The translations under genes and the position numbers were made by a program. A stretch of 64,000 bases of DNA from a virus (lineage: Duplodnaviria; Caudoviricetes), in IMG/VR virus record IMGVR_UViG_3300020112_000604, positions 96,001 through 160,000 of that record; one strand, written 5' to 3'. Below, one piece after another: positions 26,550 to 36,542 of this stretch. Position 1 is the first letter of the stretch. Each line of letters starts with the position of its first letter. A model generated the notes under the pieces. The model saw only the letters and a list, made by a program, of their open reading frames with translations, was not told where the DNA came from and made no database searches.

Positions 26550-27386
26550 TTAGTTACCACTCAGGATGTCTTCACGATGTTCGTTAAAGTCCATCACTGA
26601 TGAAAGAGACATGGCTCTATCACCAACTCGCTCTTTGATAGATAAAAGTTCTTCTTTGGTCTTTTTATCCAAGAATGTGAGATAAACAAAACCTACGGTT
26701 TCACTGTTTTCGTTATAAACGGATACTGCAACTGCTGCATTAAATCCGTCTCGTTTTAACCTGGCTATTGCCATAGGGAATGCATATTCCAATGACACCA
26801 AGTCATCAATAACGAATCCACCGTCTTCGTTGATTGACGTAGATGAAAGTTCATCCATTACTGATAGTGGAACGCCTTGCTGTTCCGCGATTCTAGGAGT
26901 AACCTGTTTTTCTCTTCTTACAATTTCCTGGATACATGTATACTTATAGAACGGTAATCCATGTGATGAATGTGTACCGTTGTGGAATACATAAACTGAT
27001 ATTCTGTCTGCATCAAAATCATCTTTAGCTTTTAATAGCATTGGACGTATAGCTTTAGATATCTTATTGTAATTCGAAAGAATATCTACATTCTTTCGAG
27101 TCTCATCTTTGAATACTTTGGCAGTTTCCGCATGGACAATTTCTTCGATAAAGTGTTTAAGCTCTTCTCTAGTCATTGGTTTTTCACCATTGTCTCTAGT
27201 ATCAGAAGTCTTCGAAAGCTCGTCGAGCTTACTCCACAATCTGTCCTGCGTTTTAGTATTCTGTTTTACAAACCAAAATATACCAAATATGAGTACTACA
27301 CAACAAATAGTACCAAATCCATAACGTTCAAATACTTCGGCAAAACCTCCTAGTTCGTCGGGTGACATCATTTTTTCTATCAGCAT
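26550..27386 (-). CDS. holin-like membrane protein with GAF-like domain
   Basis: Single N-terminal TM helix; GAF-like ADRISVYVFHNG..AVAVSVYNENSETVGFVYL; last gene of a late operon. Confidence 0.55.
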   Translation of the reverse strand: MLIEKMMSPDELGGFAEVFERYGFGTICCVVLIFGIFWFVKQNTKTQDRLWSKLDELSKTSDTRDNGEKPMTREELKHFIEEIVHAETAKVFKDETRKNVDILSNYNKISKAIRPMLLKAKDDFDADRISVYVFHNGTHSSHGLPFYKYTCIQEIVRREKQVTPRIAEQQGVPLSVMDELSSTSINEDGGFVIDDLVSLEYAFPMAIARLKRDGFNAAVAVSVYNENSETVGFVYLTFLDKKTKEELLSIKERVGDRAMSLSSVMDFNEHREDILSGN

Positions 27387-27405
27387 GATTTAAAATCCTC
27401 CTTTA

Positions 27406-30400
27406 TTAGAATTCAGCCAACCATGAGTCGTCATCACTAGATACGAAATCTAGAAGAATTGCATTCTTTACAGCATCTTTAGAAATTCTATTTGGAAATA
27501 CTTCTTCTTCATCACCTGAAGGTTCAGTATTTGTGTCCATCAGCCAATCGAGTACTTCAGGTTCTTCCGGAACCATGTCGTCTAATTTAGACGGTGCGTA
27601 TTCGGTTAACTGATAGTCTTCGTTGGTATATAGGTAACGATAAACTTCCAGAGACAGCTCCATAGAGGCTGGGTTAGGATATTCATCTGTTACTTTAACG
27701 ATGTCTGATGAAATATCCTTTACATCATCATATGATATTTTTCTTCCATTAACAAATACAAATGATGAGTTTCTGGATATTCCTGTCTTAGTATGTGTCT
27801 TGTCGATCTTTATATAACCAGAGTTTGTTTCTGGTGTACGTTTTATAACCGATTCGTTGAAATCGACGTTCATTTCATCCGGCACATAATATATGTCAAC
27901 TACGTCACCTATTGCTAATGTAATGTTTGAATAGAATGTAATATGTCCTACCGGGTTAGATCCATGGTAATCGGCTTCAACCCAATAATATTCATGTGTT
28001 TCTGTGTTTTCTTTTGCTAAATAATAGTGATTCTGTAAGAATCCGTCGGCATCATCACCGAGATAATGATATGTCTTACCTACCATATCTGCTGTAGGAG
28101 TTGTAAGCATAACCTCTACATTTATTGGTTTGTTAACTCCAACACTTGGGGCAATAACGACATAACTTCTTGGCAGGCAACGCTGGTTAACAAACACCAT
28201 GTACTGTCTTGGGTTAGTACAGAACTTGAATGTCTCATTAAGTGAAACAGTTCTTGCTCCGAGAATCTCAATAGTAGTTCTCTGATGTCTGAACTGTCGT
28301 CTCGATGTAGTCCATCCGTTAGCATTATCCCAGAATAAGAGGTCTGATGGTGTGAGTTCAAGCTTATACATTTCCGGGTCAGGAATCAGATACCAGTCTG
28401 TTGTAGGCTCTGGATCTGGTTCTTCTGGTGGATCGTCGCCCTCCTCTTCTAGGCTATATTGATAGATGGCATCCATCAATTCCTGAATTTTGTCAATATC
28501 AGTATCTTGCACGGAGAATGTATCTGAAAGGTGAGATCTGAGCGATAATTCCGAATACATATTACTCTGGTCTGACAGACTGAAGTATTCAACCCAATTA
28601 GCCGATGCCGAGTTATACTGATAATGACGTCCGTGCTTGAATGACATATAATCATCGCCGACAAAGAATATAATCATTCCGTTAGTTGGGTCAGTTGGTA
28701 ATGAAGCATAGCTAGCTACTACTGTAGACTTAGGGAAGTCTGTCTCGTAAGCTGCGGTTGCGGCATCATGTAATATGGCGTTGATTTCCGAATCGCTGAT
28801 GTAGGTATCGATCATACCTTCAACTGCTGCTAATCCGGCTGGAGTTGTAATATTAACGAAAGCATCATAGCCAATATCAGAATCATCGAAATGAATTACT
28901 GGACCATTGATGAATTCAACACCTCCACCACTAGGCAGCGGAGTTACACCATGTCCTCTAACCCATGGGTCGGTTATGGTAAACGGAACCTGATATACCT
29001 GGTCCTGATGGTCCACCCTACCTTCCGGTGTTATATCGGACCATAACTGTACTTCAGGTTTATCATACAGGTACTTACATGTGACAACAGAGTCGTTTAT
29101 CTTTAACGGCATTATTGTATTATTGCAGTACAGATAAAAGACGATTTCAATCTTGTCTTCGTTGGCACAAATGAAGTTTGGTACCTTGAAGTATCTGTCG
29201 TGGTATGTAATCTTGTCTGCATTGGCATACAACTCACCATTTACGAAAATCATTACGTAATTCTCTCTATGGTTGGCAGGTCCACATACCATTTCAAGTG
29301 CACCTTCTGTATTGATGAAACTCTGAATAGCTTCGCCGGTAGTAACAGCACTGAACTCGAATCTAGGTAATCCACATTCAAGTTTATCTGAATCATAATT
29401 AGCAATGTATGCTATGGCAGCTAAGAAGTTTTCTTCGTAAGACTTAGTATCATAAAATACGAAGTCGAATGAATCATTGATTCCTCCCATGCCATGGAAG
29501 AATCTCGGATCTTCTTTTTCTTCATGTGAAAACATTTCCGGAAGATTCTTTCTGAGAATCCATTCATCATTATTGATGAGTCCGTCGTATTCTTCCTGAT
29601 AAGCTTCATCAACTATTCCCTTCATAACGTCACGGACTTCTTGAACGTCCTTCTCGAATATTTCTGAAATAAGATGATATAAAGCTTTCTTGGTGTCTTC
29701 GTTAGTATAAGTGATGATTTCATCCCACGGTGTAGGATATTCTTCAGCATTGTCGATATGAACGTTATGGAATTGGAATCCATACTTATCACTACGTGCT
29801 GCCATTCTATATATTTCGTCGATGAAAGTTTGGCAAGATAACTCAGTGTCATCAAGGAAGTCCTCGAATGCTGAGCCAAGTGTTTCAACGACACTATGTG
29901 CGAGTCTTAATGTATTGTCTTCGGTGTATTCAACCCTCTTGGATACTACAACCATAGCTCTAGAGTCTTCGTCAAATTCCTGATATCTTACGGAGATGAT
30001 ATTGAAGTTTCTACAGTCCACTTCAGCATCTCTGATGAGACGACCATTCTGAAAACAATATACACAATTTGGTTTTACTTTATTCTTGTAGTGTAATCCT
30101 TCTACTCTTTCGAAAAACATGGTGCCATATGTACCACGATGTGTTTCAGGATCGACAAACATTTCTTTCGAAAATACCAAAGGATCGTTGGAGTATACAT
30201 GGAAACGACGCATATCTCCTTCGGATGTAGGTGCGGAAGTAATGGAACCGTTTCCGTCGAATGTAAATATCTCGTGCTCTGTAGGTACAGGTGATAAATA
30301 TCTGTACTGAAGCATATCGAGTCTAGTGTAGTCTCTAATTAAAGTATCTCGGTTCTCCATCCAAGAAATATCAAGTAAAATATAATCATTGTATAAATCG

Positions 30401-30909
30401 GTTTTCATGCGGGTATATTCTATTGGAACGTATAACCCGTCTAGGAAGCACATAAAAGGTCTGATAATTCCGAGCTTAATTAAGTTCGGTAATGTTGCTT
30501 CCAATGTCGTGTCAATAACAACACCGTAGACGCTGGTATTAGCGTCTACAGTGATGTCTGAAGGAAATTTGTCACGATTAACTGCCATAAGAGCGGCAAC
30601 CGGAATAGAAGTGATAGCTGATATGTCATTGAACGTTTCGTTCACTTTACCCTGTAAAGTGATAGTGTTATCAATAACACTACGCTGTCTGTCCGGCATA
30701 TTGTTGAATAGTATCGATTCCGTCTGGAATATACGAACACTTGCACTTGAAGATAACACGTAGTCATCTTCAAATACATGTGTAGTAACAGGTTGAGTTG
30801 TAACACCGTCTATAAATTCAGGGACGAAAGCCTTACCCAGGCATCTGTTGACAGAGTCGGTCCTGGATCTAAGGTACTCGACCCGTTCTTTATAAGGTGG
30901 TATTATCAT
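27406..30909 (-). CDS. large virion structural protein
   Basis: 1167 aa with repeated (V/I)FVNG-type beta motifs; late operon. Confidence 0.6.
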   Translation of the reverse strand: MIIPPYKERVEYLRSRTDSVNRCLGKAFVPEFIDGVTTQPVTTHVFEDDYVLSSSASVRIFQTESILFNNMPDRQRSVIDNTITLQGKVNETFNDISAITSIPVAALMAVNRDKFPSDITVDANTSVYGVVIDTTLEATLPNLIKLGIIRPFMCFLDGLYVPIEYTRMKTDLYNDYILLDISWMENRDTLIRDYTRLDMLQYRYLSPVPTEHEIFTFDGNGSITSAPTSEGDMRRFHVYSNDPLVFSKEMFVDPETHRGTYGTMFFERVEGLHYKNKVKPNCVYCFQNGRLIRDAEVDCRNFNIISVRYQEFDEDSRAMVVVSKRVEYTEDNTLRLAHSVVETLGSAFEDFLDDTELSCQTFIDEIYRMAARSDKYGFQFHNVHIDNAEEYPTPWDEIITYTNEDTKKALYHLISEIFEKDVQEVRDVMKGIVDEAYQEEYDGLINNDEWILRKNLPEMFSHEEKEDPRFFHGMGGINDSFDFVFYDTKSYEENFLAAIAYIANYDSDKLECGLPRFEFSAVTTGEAIQSFINTEGALEMVCGPANHRENYVMIFVNGELYANADKITYHDRYFKVPNFICANEDKIEIVFYLYCNNTIMPLKINDSVVTCKYLYDKPEVQLWSDITPEGRVDHQDQVYQVPFTITDPWVRGHGVTPLPSGGGVEFINGPVIHFDDSDIGYDAFVNITTPAGLAAVEGMIDTYISDSEINAILHDAATAAYETDFPKSTVVASYASLPTDPTNGMIIFFVGDDYMSFKHGRHYQYNSASANWVEYFSLSDQSNMYSELSLRSHLSDTFSVQDTDIDKIQELMDAIYQYSLEEEGDDPPEEPDPEPTTDWYLIPDPEMYKLELTPSDLLFWDNANGWTTSRRQFRHQRTTIEILGARTVSLNETFKFCTNPRQYMVFVNQRCLPRSYVVIAPSVGVNKPINVEVMLTTPTADMVGKTYHYLGDDADGFLQNHYYLAKENTETHEYYWVEADYHGSNPVGHITFYSNITLAIGDVVDIYYVPDEMNVDFNESVIKRTPETNSGYIKIDKTHTKTGISRNSSFVFVNGRKISYDDVKDISSDIVKVTDEYPNPASMELSLEVYRYLYTNEDYQLTEYAPSKLDDMVPEEPEVLDWLMDTNTEPSGDEEEVFPNRISKDAVKNAILLDFVSSDDDSWLAEF

Positions 30910-31859
30910 ATCAGACTTCCTCCTGTTTTAATAATTTCCTTGGCGAGCATAACCATGTTTGGACCGCAGATCTTCTCGATGGTCTTCTGGTTATTGATGT
31001 AGCATCCGACATAAGCATCTGTTACCATAGCTGCAAGAGCCGGCCAGTACTCTGTAGCGAATGCTGTCTTTGTTCCGTATATGAATAGCCATCTTTCGAT
31101 AAATGCATCGAGAGACAGTGTTGGTATCTTGAGAACGTGACCAACGAACGAAATGAATGTCTTGATATCCTTAAACGGATTAGGCATATCGCTTGTTTCG
31201 ATATACTTTTCGATGATGCCTTCTTCACGGTCTGAGAGTCCAGTCCATGATAATGCAGCATGTCTTAACTTCTTATATCCGTCTTCGATACCGCTCATAT
31301 TCTCAGCAAAGTACATGCAAGCCATAAGCTTACATCTTGCGGTGAGGTTCTTATCGAGACTTATCTTGTGAAGATAATCAACGATGTTTGTGAAGAGCGA
31401 TGCCCAGCACTGCATAGACATAGTCCTTGCTTTAGCTGTACAGATAACGGATCTGAACTTCTCATCTGAGAAAGCAAAGTTTTCTGTAGCCGCGATAAGC
31501 TGAGCTATAAGCTGGTCGATATCAACGCATTTGTATTTACCAGCAATATTGTCATAACGGATAACTCTTGACACGTCCATGAATACCTTCTTAGCATTGC
31601 CCGACTTCACATCCTTAGCAACGAATACGTTGAACTGTGTTGGAAGTGAAACCTCTGGAGCAAGTAAGATGCAGTTCTTACTCTGGAAGATAGTAATCAT
31701 CCAGTTATCCATCTGGCGATGTTTGAATTCATTTATAATGTCATCAAACTTAGGATCATTCTGATTAAGCCTTTCAGCTTTAAGCATGCATTCTACGATC
31801 TTCTTCTCGTATTCTGGATTCATAGTATACAGATACGATTCAGAATATTTTGTAGCCAT
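30906..31859 (-). CDS. hypothetical protein
   Basis: 317-aa ORF with AGGAGG RBS, overlapping the next gene via ATGA. Confidence 0.75.
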   Translation of the reverse strand: MATKYSESYLYTMNPEYEKKIVECMLKAERLNQNDPKFDDIINEFKHRQMDNWMITIFQSKNCILLAPEVSLPTQFNVFVAKDVKSGNAKKVFMDVSRVIRYDNIAGKYKCVDIDQLIAQLIAATENFAFSDEKFRSVICTAKARTMSMQCWASLFTNIVDYLHKISLDKNLTARCKLMACMYFAENMSGIEDGYKKLRHAALSWTGLSDREEGIIEKYIETSDMPNPFKDIKTFISFVGHVLKIPTLSLDAFIERWLFIYGTKTAFATEYWPALAAMVTDAYVGCYINNQKTIEKICGPNMVMLAKEIIKTGGSLI

Positions 31860-31902
31860 ATATATGTACCTCCTTTAGTAGTAAACATTGTTACTTGAAT
31901 GT

Positions 31903-33645
31903 TTAGAATTCCATCTTTTCGTTTAGTTTAGAATCCCATTCATTGTCAGGACAGTTTGTAAGAGTATAAAGACAGAGAATACCTTCTTTAGATATACTCT
32001 TAGCAGAGTTACCATCAAGACTATGTAAGCATCCCTTAGAATGCAAGAACTTCTTGAGTTCATTGTTGGCTTCAAGTGAATATACAGGCTTGCAAGTTAC
32101 CGTGTCGCCGTCAAAGTCGCCCCCGGCACATCCGATAGTAGGGTTGGAGCCCGTGATTGTGTCGTTGAATAATGTAGATGTATTCTTACCGATCATTGAT
32201 GCGTCGATGTCTGGATACCATCTATAATACTTGCCGTTTACGATACGCGGTGTTGTTGTAGCTGTAGTTCTTACACGAACCATCTGAGGGAACTGGTTGA
32301 AGTATGAGTCCATAGGGAATCGTGTAAGTACAACACATTTATCCTCAGTCATCTCGACTGCAGCCTGATACAGTAAATCTGCCCAAGTCAATGGACGATT
32401 TGAAATGCTTAAAGCCTCACGTTCTGCTCCGCTCATATTCTGCCAGTCTTTGAGTTTGATAGATTTATCGAGACCCTTAGAAGTCATAGCCATATAAACG
32501 TTTCCGCTCTTATTGACAGACTTAATAATACCAGCTTCATCAGCCATTTTAGTAAGAGCGGCTTTGTCCACTGGCACTGGTACAGGAATAAGACGATTGA
32601 AACGACCCTTAACGAAACGGTCTATCTGTGATTCCAGATATGCATCTGAAAACATAACCTGATAATCCTGTATAGGTACGGAGATAACCTTTACTCCATC
32701 CTTGGTCTGAATCTGAATAGGATAGAAATTACGTCCAGCGAATTCGTTCTCGAAGAAGTTTCTTAACCAGAACATGATGAATGGCTTAAAGCATGTAATA
32801 GCAATCGCTAATGGGATTGCTGCATGGTCCATGTCAACAAACATGTCGTCAAGGTCTTCACACTTATTATCTGGAGCTGTGATTACAGAACGACAACAGA
32901 AGTCTGTTGTCTTAGACATGATACCACGTCTGATAATACCTGTCTTACCAGGAAGATTCTTTGAAGTCTTTTCGGAACCAATTGTTGTACCGTTACCGAA
33001 CCAGTCGAATATCGATACGATTGTGTCCTGAATACGTCCAGCAGATGTGTCTAATAATGTAAGACCATAATCTGCAGACTGTTTGTACTGATTAGTAGCC
33101 ATTATAAGCTGTTGATACAGTGAGTTAAGTTCACCAATACCAACACCCTTTGCTGTTGTAACAACGTCACGATATCCCGGAGGAATTACCGGAAGCTTTG
33201 AAATCCAGAGTAATTTCTTCTTGTTTATCATGTCGATGAATGCAGCCTTATCTTGAGCTGCTTCTGTTGTGGAGTTAGTCCACTTGATTTTATCGAAGTT
33301 TTTACGGAGCCATTTGATACCGGTTCCGCCATTATCGTCTTCAACAAGATTTCCATTTTCATCTATAGAAAACTGCTGAATGCCATGAACAATCGCTCTA
33401 ACCTTTCCGTTAATGCGACATAAACTTTTATAGCATAATGGATTCATGAATTCGCCGCCGAGATCGATGTAAGCGTATATTCCGTATCTTTCCGAATGTG
33501 TTATACCAAAGATTTCATCAGACAGAAGACCGTCTGGTGTAGGTTTATTGGAATTGAGGAACACTACCGGATTGGTAATGCACTTACAATCATTGACTTT
33601 AACGAATCGATCGACATCCATTATTGTACCATTAAATCGTTTCAT
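31903..33645 (-). CDS. rpoC: RNA polymerase beta' N-terminal catalytic fragment (virion RNAP)
   Basis: GLLSDEIFG, LPVIPPGYRD, GKTGIIRR, RSVITAP, TRFP and catalytic GGDFDGD; late promoter at 33669-33681. Confidence 0.9.
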   Translation of the reverse strand: MKRFNGTIMDVDRFVKVNDCKCITNPVVFLNSNKPTPDGLLSDEIFGITHSERYGIYAYIDLGGEFMNPLCYKSLCRINGKVRAIVHGIQQFSIDENGNLVEDDNGGTGIKWLRKNFDKIKWTNSTTEAAQDKAAFIDMINKKKLLWISKLPVIPPGYRDVVTTAKGVGIGELNSLYQQLIMATNQYKQSADYGLTLLDTSAGRIQDTIVSIFDWFGNGTTIGSEKTSKNLPGKTGIIRRGIMSKTTDFCCRSVITAPDNKCEDLDDMFVDMDHAAIPLAIAITCFKPFIMFWLRNFFENEFAGRNFYPIQIQTKDGVKVISVPIQDYQVMFSDAYLESQIDRFVKGRFNRLIPVPVPVDKAALTKMADEAGIIKSVNKSGNVYMAMTSKGLDKSIKLKDWQNMSGAEREALSISNRPLTWADLLYQAAVEMTEDKCVVLTRFPMDSYFNQFPQMVRVRTTATTTPRIVNGKYYRWYPDIDASMIGKNTSTLFNDTITGSNPTIGCAGGDFDGDTVTCKPVYSLEANNELKKFLHSKGCLHSLDGNSAKSISKEGILCLYTLTNCPDNEWDSKLNEKMEF

Positions 33646-33717
33646 ATCGACACAGCACCTCCTTATTATTACATTAAAGTTCCCGGCAGGACCATATCCT
33701 GCCGGGACTGTAATAAT

Positions 33718-34035
33718 TTATATTATATCAGTGTCTATCATTGAGATTATGTACCGGTCGTTTTTGACAGATGTCTTAACCAGTATATTTCTTCCATAAG
33801 CCATTACCACAGGAACTGTTAGTGCAGCTTGGATGTATTCTTTGAGTTTAGCATCTATACCAATGATAATGTATTCGATACCGCCCGTATCGCATATATT
33901 AACACCGATTGATGCTGGTGCATTTTGACCGAGTAAATCGTACAGTATTACTGTTTCCGGCATATGGTTATGTAAGTAATCCGGAAATGTCATATTGTTT
34001 AATTGCAATCTTCGGCCGAAATCAACAAGAGTCAT
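33718..34035 (-). CDS. hypothetical protein
   Basis: Likely start MTLVDF after AGGAGG. Confidence 0.6.
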   Translation of the reverse strand: MTLVDFGRRLQLNNMTFPDYLHNHMPETVILYDLLGQNAPASIGVNICDTGGIEYIIIGIDAKLKEYIQAALTVPVVMAYGRNILVKTSVKNDRYIISMIDTDII

Positions 34036-34051
34036 ATTATGCCCTCCTTTC

Positions 34052-34234
34052 CTAGAATCCCTCCATAGCATCTTGAACGGCTTCTGAGGCAGCTGCATCT
34101 TGTCCCTCTTTAGACTTTAATGCAGTGAGAGCATCATGGAATAGTTTACTGAGCATACCAGCAGGTAGGTTCATCAACTCTAAGAAAGATATGCGGGCTT
34201 TGTAAAACCCGCTTATACTTTCACAGATATTCAT
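34052..34234 (-). CDS. small baseplate-hub assembly-like protein
   Basis: ISFLELMNLP; coupled to the upstream hub-like gene. Confidence 0.4.
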   Translation of the reverse strand: MNICESISGFYKARISFLELMNLPAGMLSKLFHDALTALKSKEGQDAAASEAVQDAMEGF

Positions 34235-36021
34235 GAGTTCATCAAACGAACGAGCTGGTAACGGGTAAAAAGCATTGACGATGGATCTGCGTACATCTTT
34301 TCAATTTTCTTTTTACACTTTGGACAGATAGCTGATGGGTAGATGTATCTGATTGCATCTGTTGGTCTGTCATAGTCGTCAGTCTTCTTAATGAGAACTT
34401 CTCTCTGGTCATTTGTAAGAGAAGTCTTAATGATATTGCCGAGGTCACGGAGACGGCTCTTAGCAGCCTTACGAGTATCGTCTGGATATTCCTTGAACTT
34501 AACCGGAACGAGTGAGTTTGAAGCCTTATCAATATAGTATACCTCGTAGATGTACTGTGTGATAGAGATAAGGTCCATATACTTGTTAGCAAAGTCCATA
34601 TCGAGAGCTGCAATTTCGGCAATCTTTTCGAGTGTTGGTGCACCCATTGTGACAGCGTATTCTGCAGAAATCTGAACAAGGTCTCTCTGTGGTTCGAGAC
34701 AAGCATCTGGATTGAGATGCATAATCTGATCGAAGCGTTCTTTCCACTGTGGGTCGTCGTCGCTGAATTCGATCATTTCTTCAACGTTCTTGATTTCCGG
34801 CCATACTTCCTTACACTTATCCTTATCGTTGTTGCATTCGTATGAAAGGATATTACCTACCTGGCCATATGTAGCCTTATACGCAGCGAAGATAAGGTCA
34901 TCAACGTCTGCCCAGTATATAGTCTTAGTCCATTCATTGAATGTAGACGGCTTAGGTGAAACGATATGGTTGTATATCATTTCAAGTAAAGATACGTAGT
35001 AAGCGAAAGTAGAGATTGTAAGAGCTGTCTGTCTTGCATTGCCTCTGTAGTTTCTGTTTGTAATGTACTTTAACTGTTCGAGGTAACTAGGATCGAAGCT
35101 AGCGATCTCCGGACCGTCAAATGCAGTTAAAGTGATTGCACGTCCTGATGTAAGGAGTGCGTGTGTAGCAGTGGTTGTAGGAATCTTTGTGTATCCTGCA
35201 GCCTTTGATGCTGACATAGTTTTTGTTGAGATAGACATTTTTGAAAGGTCAACGACATCGTTCTCAGGAATGATATTGAGAAGAGACTTAACCTCACTGA
35301 TATATTTCTGTTTACGAGCTTCGAATTCTTCTTCGCTTTCTTCCTCGTCCTCGTCTTCAGATTCTTCTTCGTCGTCGAGGTCAGCAAAGTCACGTTCATC
35401 CATTTCGAAGTTAGGGTTTACAGCATCTCTTACTGGAAGTTCTTCAAGCTTCTCTTCAGATTCAGTTTCTTCGGCAGGAACTGGTTCTGGAGCAGGAGTT
35501 GGCTCGAATGTCTGGCCAGGAACGAATTCGTTCGGATCATCTTCTTCAGGTTCAACTTCTTCTGGACGTTCTGCTGCTGCCGGTGTAGCCGCCTGTGGAA
35601 TAGATGGTGCTGCTGATGGCTTTGTCATTCCAGGAACGAATTCAGCCTGACGGTTTTCAACTTCTGAATCGAGGTTTGGGTTGAAATTCATTGCATGCTT
35701 TTCAAGTTCAGCATCAGTGATATTTCCTTCAGCTCTGAGTTCTTCACCTTTCTGCTTAATCTGAAGCAGCTCTGCGTTGAATCCTGTGAGAGCAACGTCC
35801 ATTGTGTCCATGGCTTCAGCAACCATGGCATTGCTTGTCATTGTTGCGGGTTCATCTGCTTTATCTGTGACGATAACTTTTTCTTTTACAGCGTCACCGC
35901 TGAGGATGTCTCCAAATCCGCCTGTAGGTACTGCCATTACTAAATCTCCTTCTGCAGGTGCAGCAGGTGTTGTAACAGCTTCTTCTGTTGGTTCAATACC
36001 TTTTAATTCGTCGAGTTTCAT
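34231..36021 (-). CDS. baseplate hub assembly-like protein with acidic N-terminal extension
   Basis: DVDDLIFAAYKATYG..YEC and terminal CPKC, similar in layout to T4 hub-assembly chaperones; next to a gp25-like gene. Confidence 0.5.
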   Translation of the reverse strand: MKLDELKGIEPTEEAVTTPAAPAEGDLVMAVPTGGFGDILSGDAVKEKVIVTDKADEPATMTSNAMVAEAMDTMDVALTGFNAELLQIKQKGEELRAEGNITDAELEKHAMNFNPNLDSEVENRQAEFVPGMTKPSAAPSIPQAATPAAAERPEEVEPEEDDPNEFVPGQTFEPTPAPEPVPAEETESEEKLEELPVRDAVNPNFEMDERDFADLDDEEESEDEDEEESEEEFEARKQKYISEVKSLLNIIPENDVVDLSKMSISTKTMSASKAAGYTKIPTTTATHALLTSGRAITLTAFDGPEIASFDPSYLEQLKYITNRNYRGNARQTALTISTFAYYVSLLEMIYNHIVSPKPSTFNEWTKTIYWADVDDLIFAAYKATYGQVGNILSYECNNDKDKCKEVWPEIKNVEEMIEFSDDDPQWKERFDQIMHLNPDACLEPQRDLVQISAEYAVTMGAPTLEKIAEIAALDMDFANKYMDLISITQYIYEVYYIDKASNSLVPVKFKEYPDDTRKAAKSRLRDLGNIIKTSLTNDQREVLIKKTDDYDRPTDAIRYIYPSAICPKCKKKIEKMYADPSSMLFTRYQLVRLMNS

Positions 36022-36036
36022 GTGTACTTTTCCTCC

Positions 36037-36414
36037 TTAAATTAATGAATCGAGAGTCTTTCGGGTGTTCTCATCCACGAGAACTTTCATTGATGACATC
36101 AGAGATGACACCGTAATTTGTATTGTGTTTGTGTTGTCCAGGTTCTTGATAATGGTTACGTGAACCTGAGGATCTATCAGATGCGGCATAAACCGCTCAA
36201 TCTGACGTTTAATGTCATTTGCCAATGAAGCCTTTATAGCTTCACAGTCTTTGTATCGGTATTTAGATACCAAGCCAACACCCAATGTAGGATGTGATGG
36301 ATAGGTTCCCGGTTCCATCATTATAAGTCTTACGATATTGATTTTATCGCCCTCAATACCTTCGAAAACCTTAGCTTCCTGTTTACGAGTAACACTCAAT
36401 ACGTGCTCGTCCAT
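36037..36414 (-). CDS. gp25-like baseplate wedge protein
   Basis: LIMMEPGTYPSHPTLGVGL..IKRQIERFMP; late promoter at 36442-36454. Confidence 0.65.
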   Translation of the reverse strand: MDEHVLSVTRKQEAKVFEGIEGDKINIVRLIMMEPGTYPSHPTLGVGLVSKYRYKDCEAIKASLANDIKRQIERFMPHLIDPQVHVTIIKNLDNTNTIQITVSSLMSSMKVLVDENTRKTLDSLI

Positions 36415-36542
36415 ATGAAGCCCTCCTTTCAAATATTGCTATTAATTACTTGTTTGTTATGGTGTAATGTTCTATGGGTAAATTTTTACATAGGCTTATA
36501 CGAAACATTTACATAATCTTGTACGAAAGGAAGGTGATTACA

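Noticed and set aside
18674-33645. Introns or inteins in the RNAP genes (also checked in polB and terL)
   Set aside because: The ORFs are continuous with motifs in order, and no intein termini or homing endonuclease insertions were seen.
35132-35650. Ser-rich antisense ORFs (also 39420..39680, 54836..55297 and similar)
   Set aside because: They are shadows of Glu/Asp-rich genes on the opposite strand and lack an RBS.
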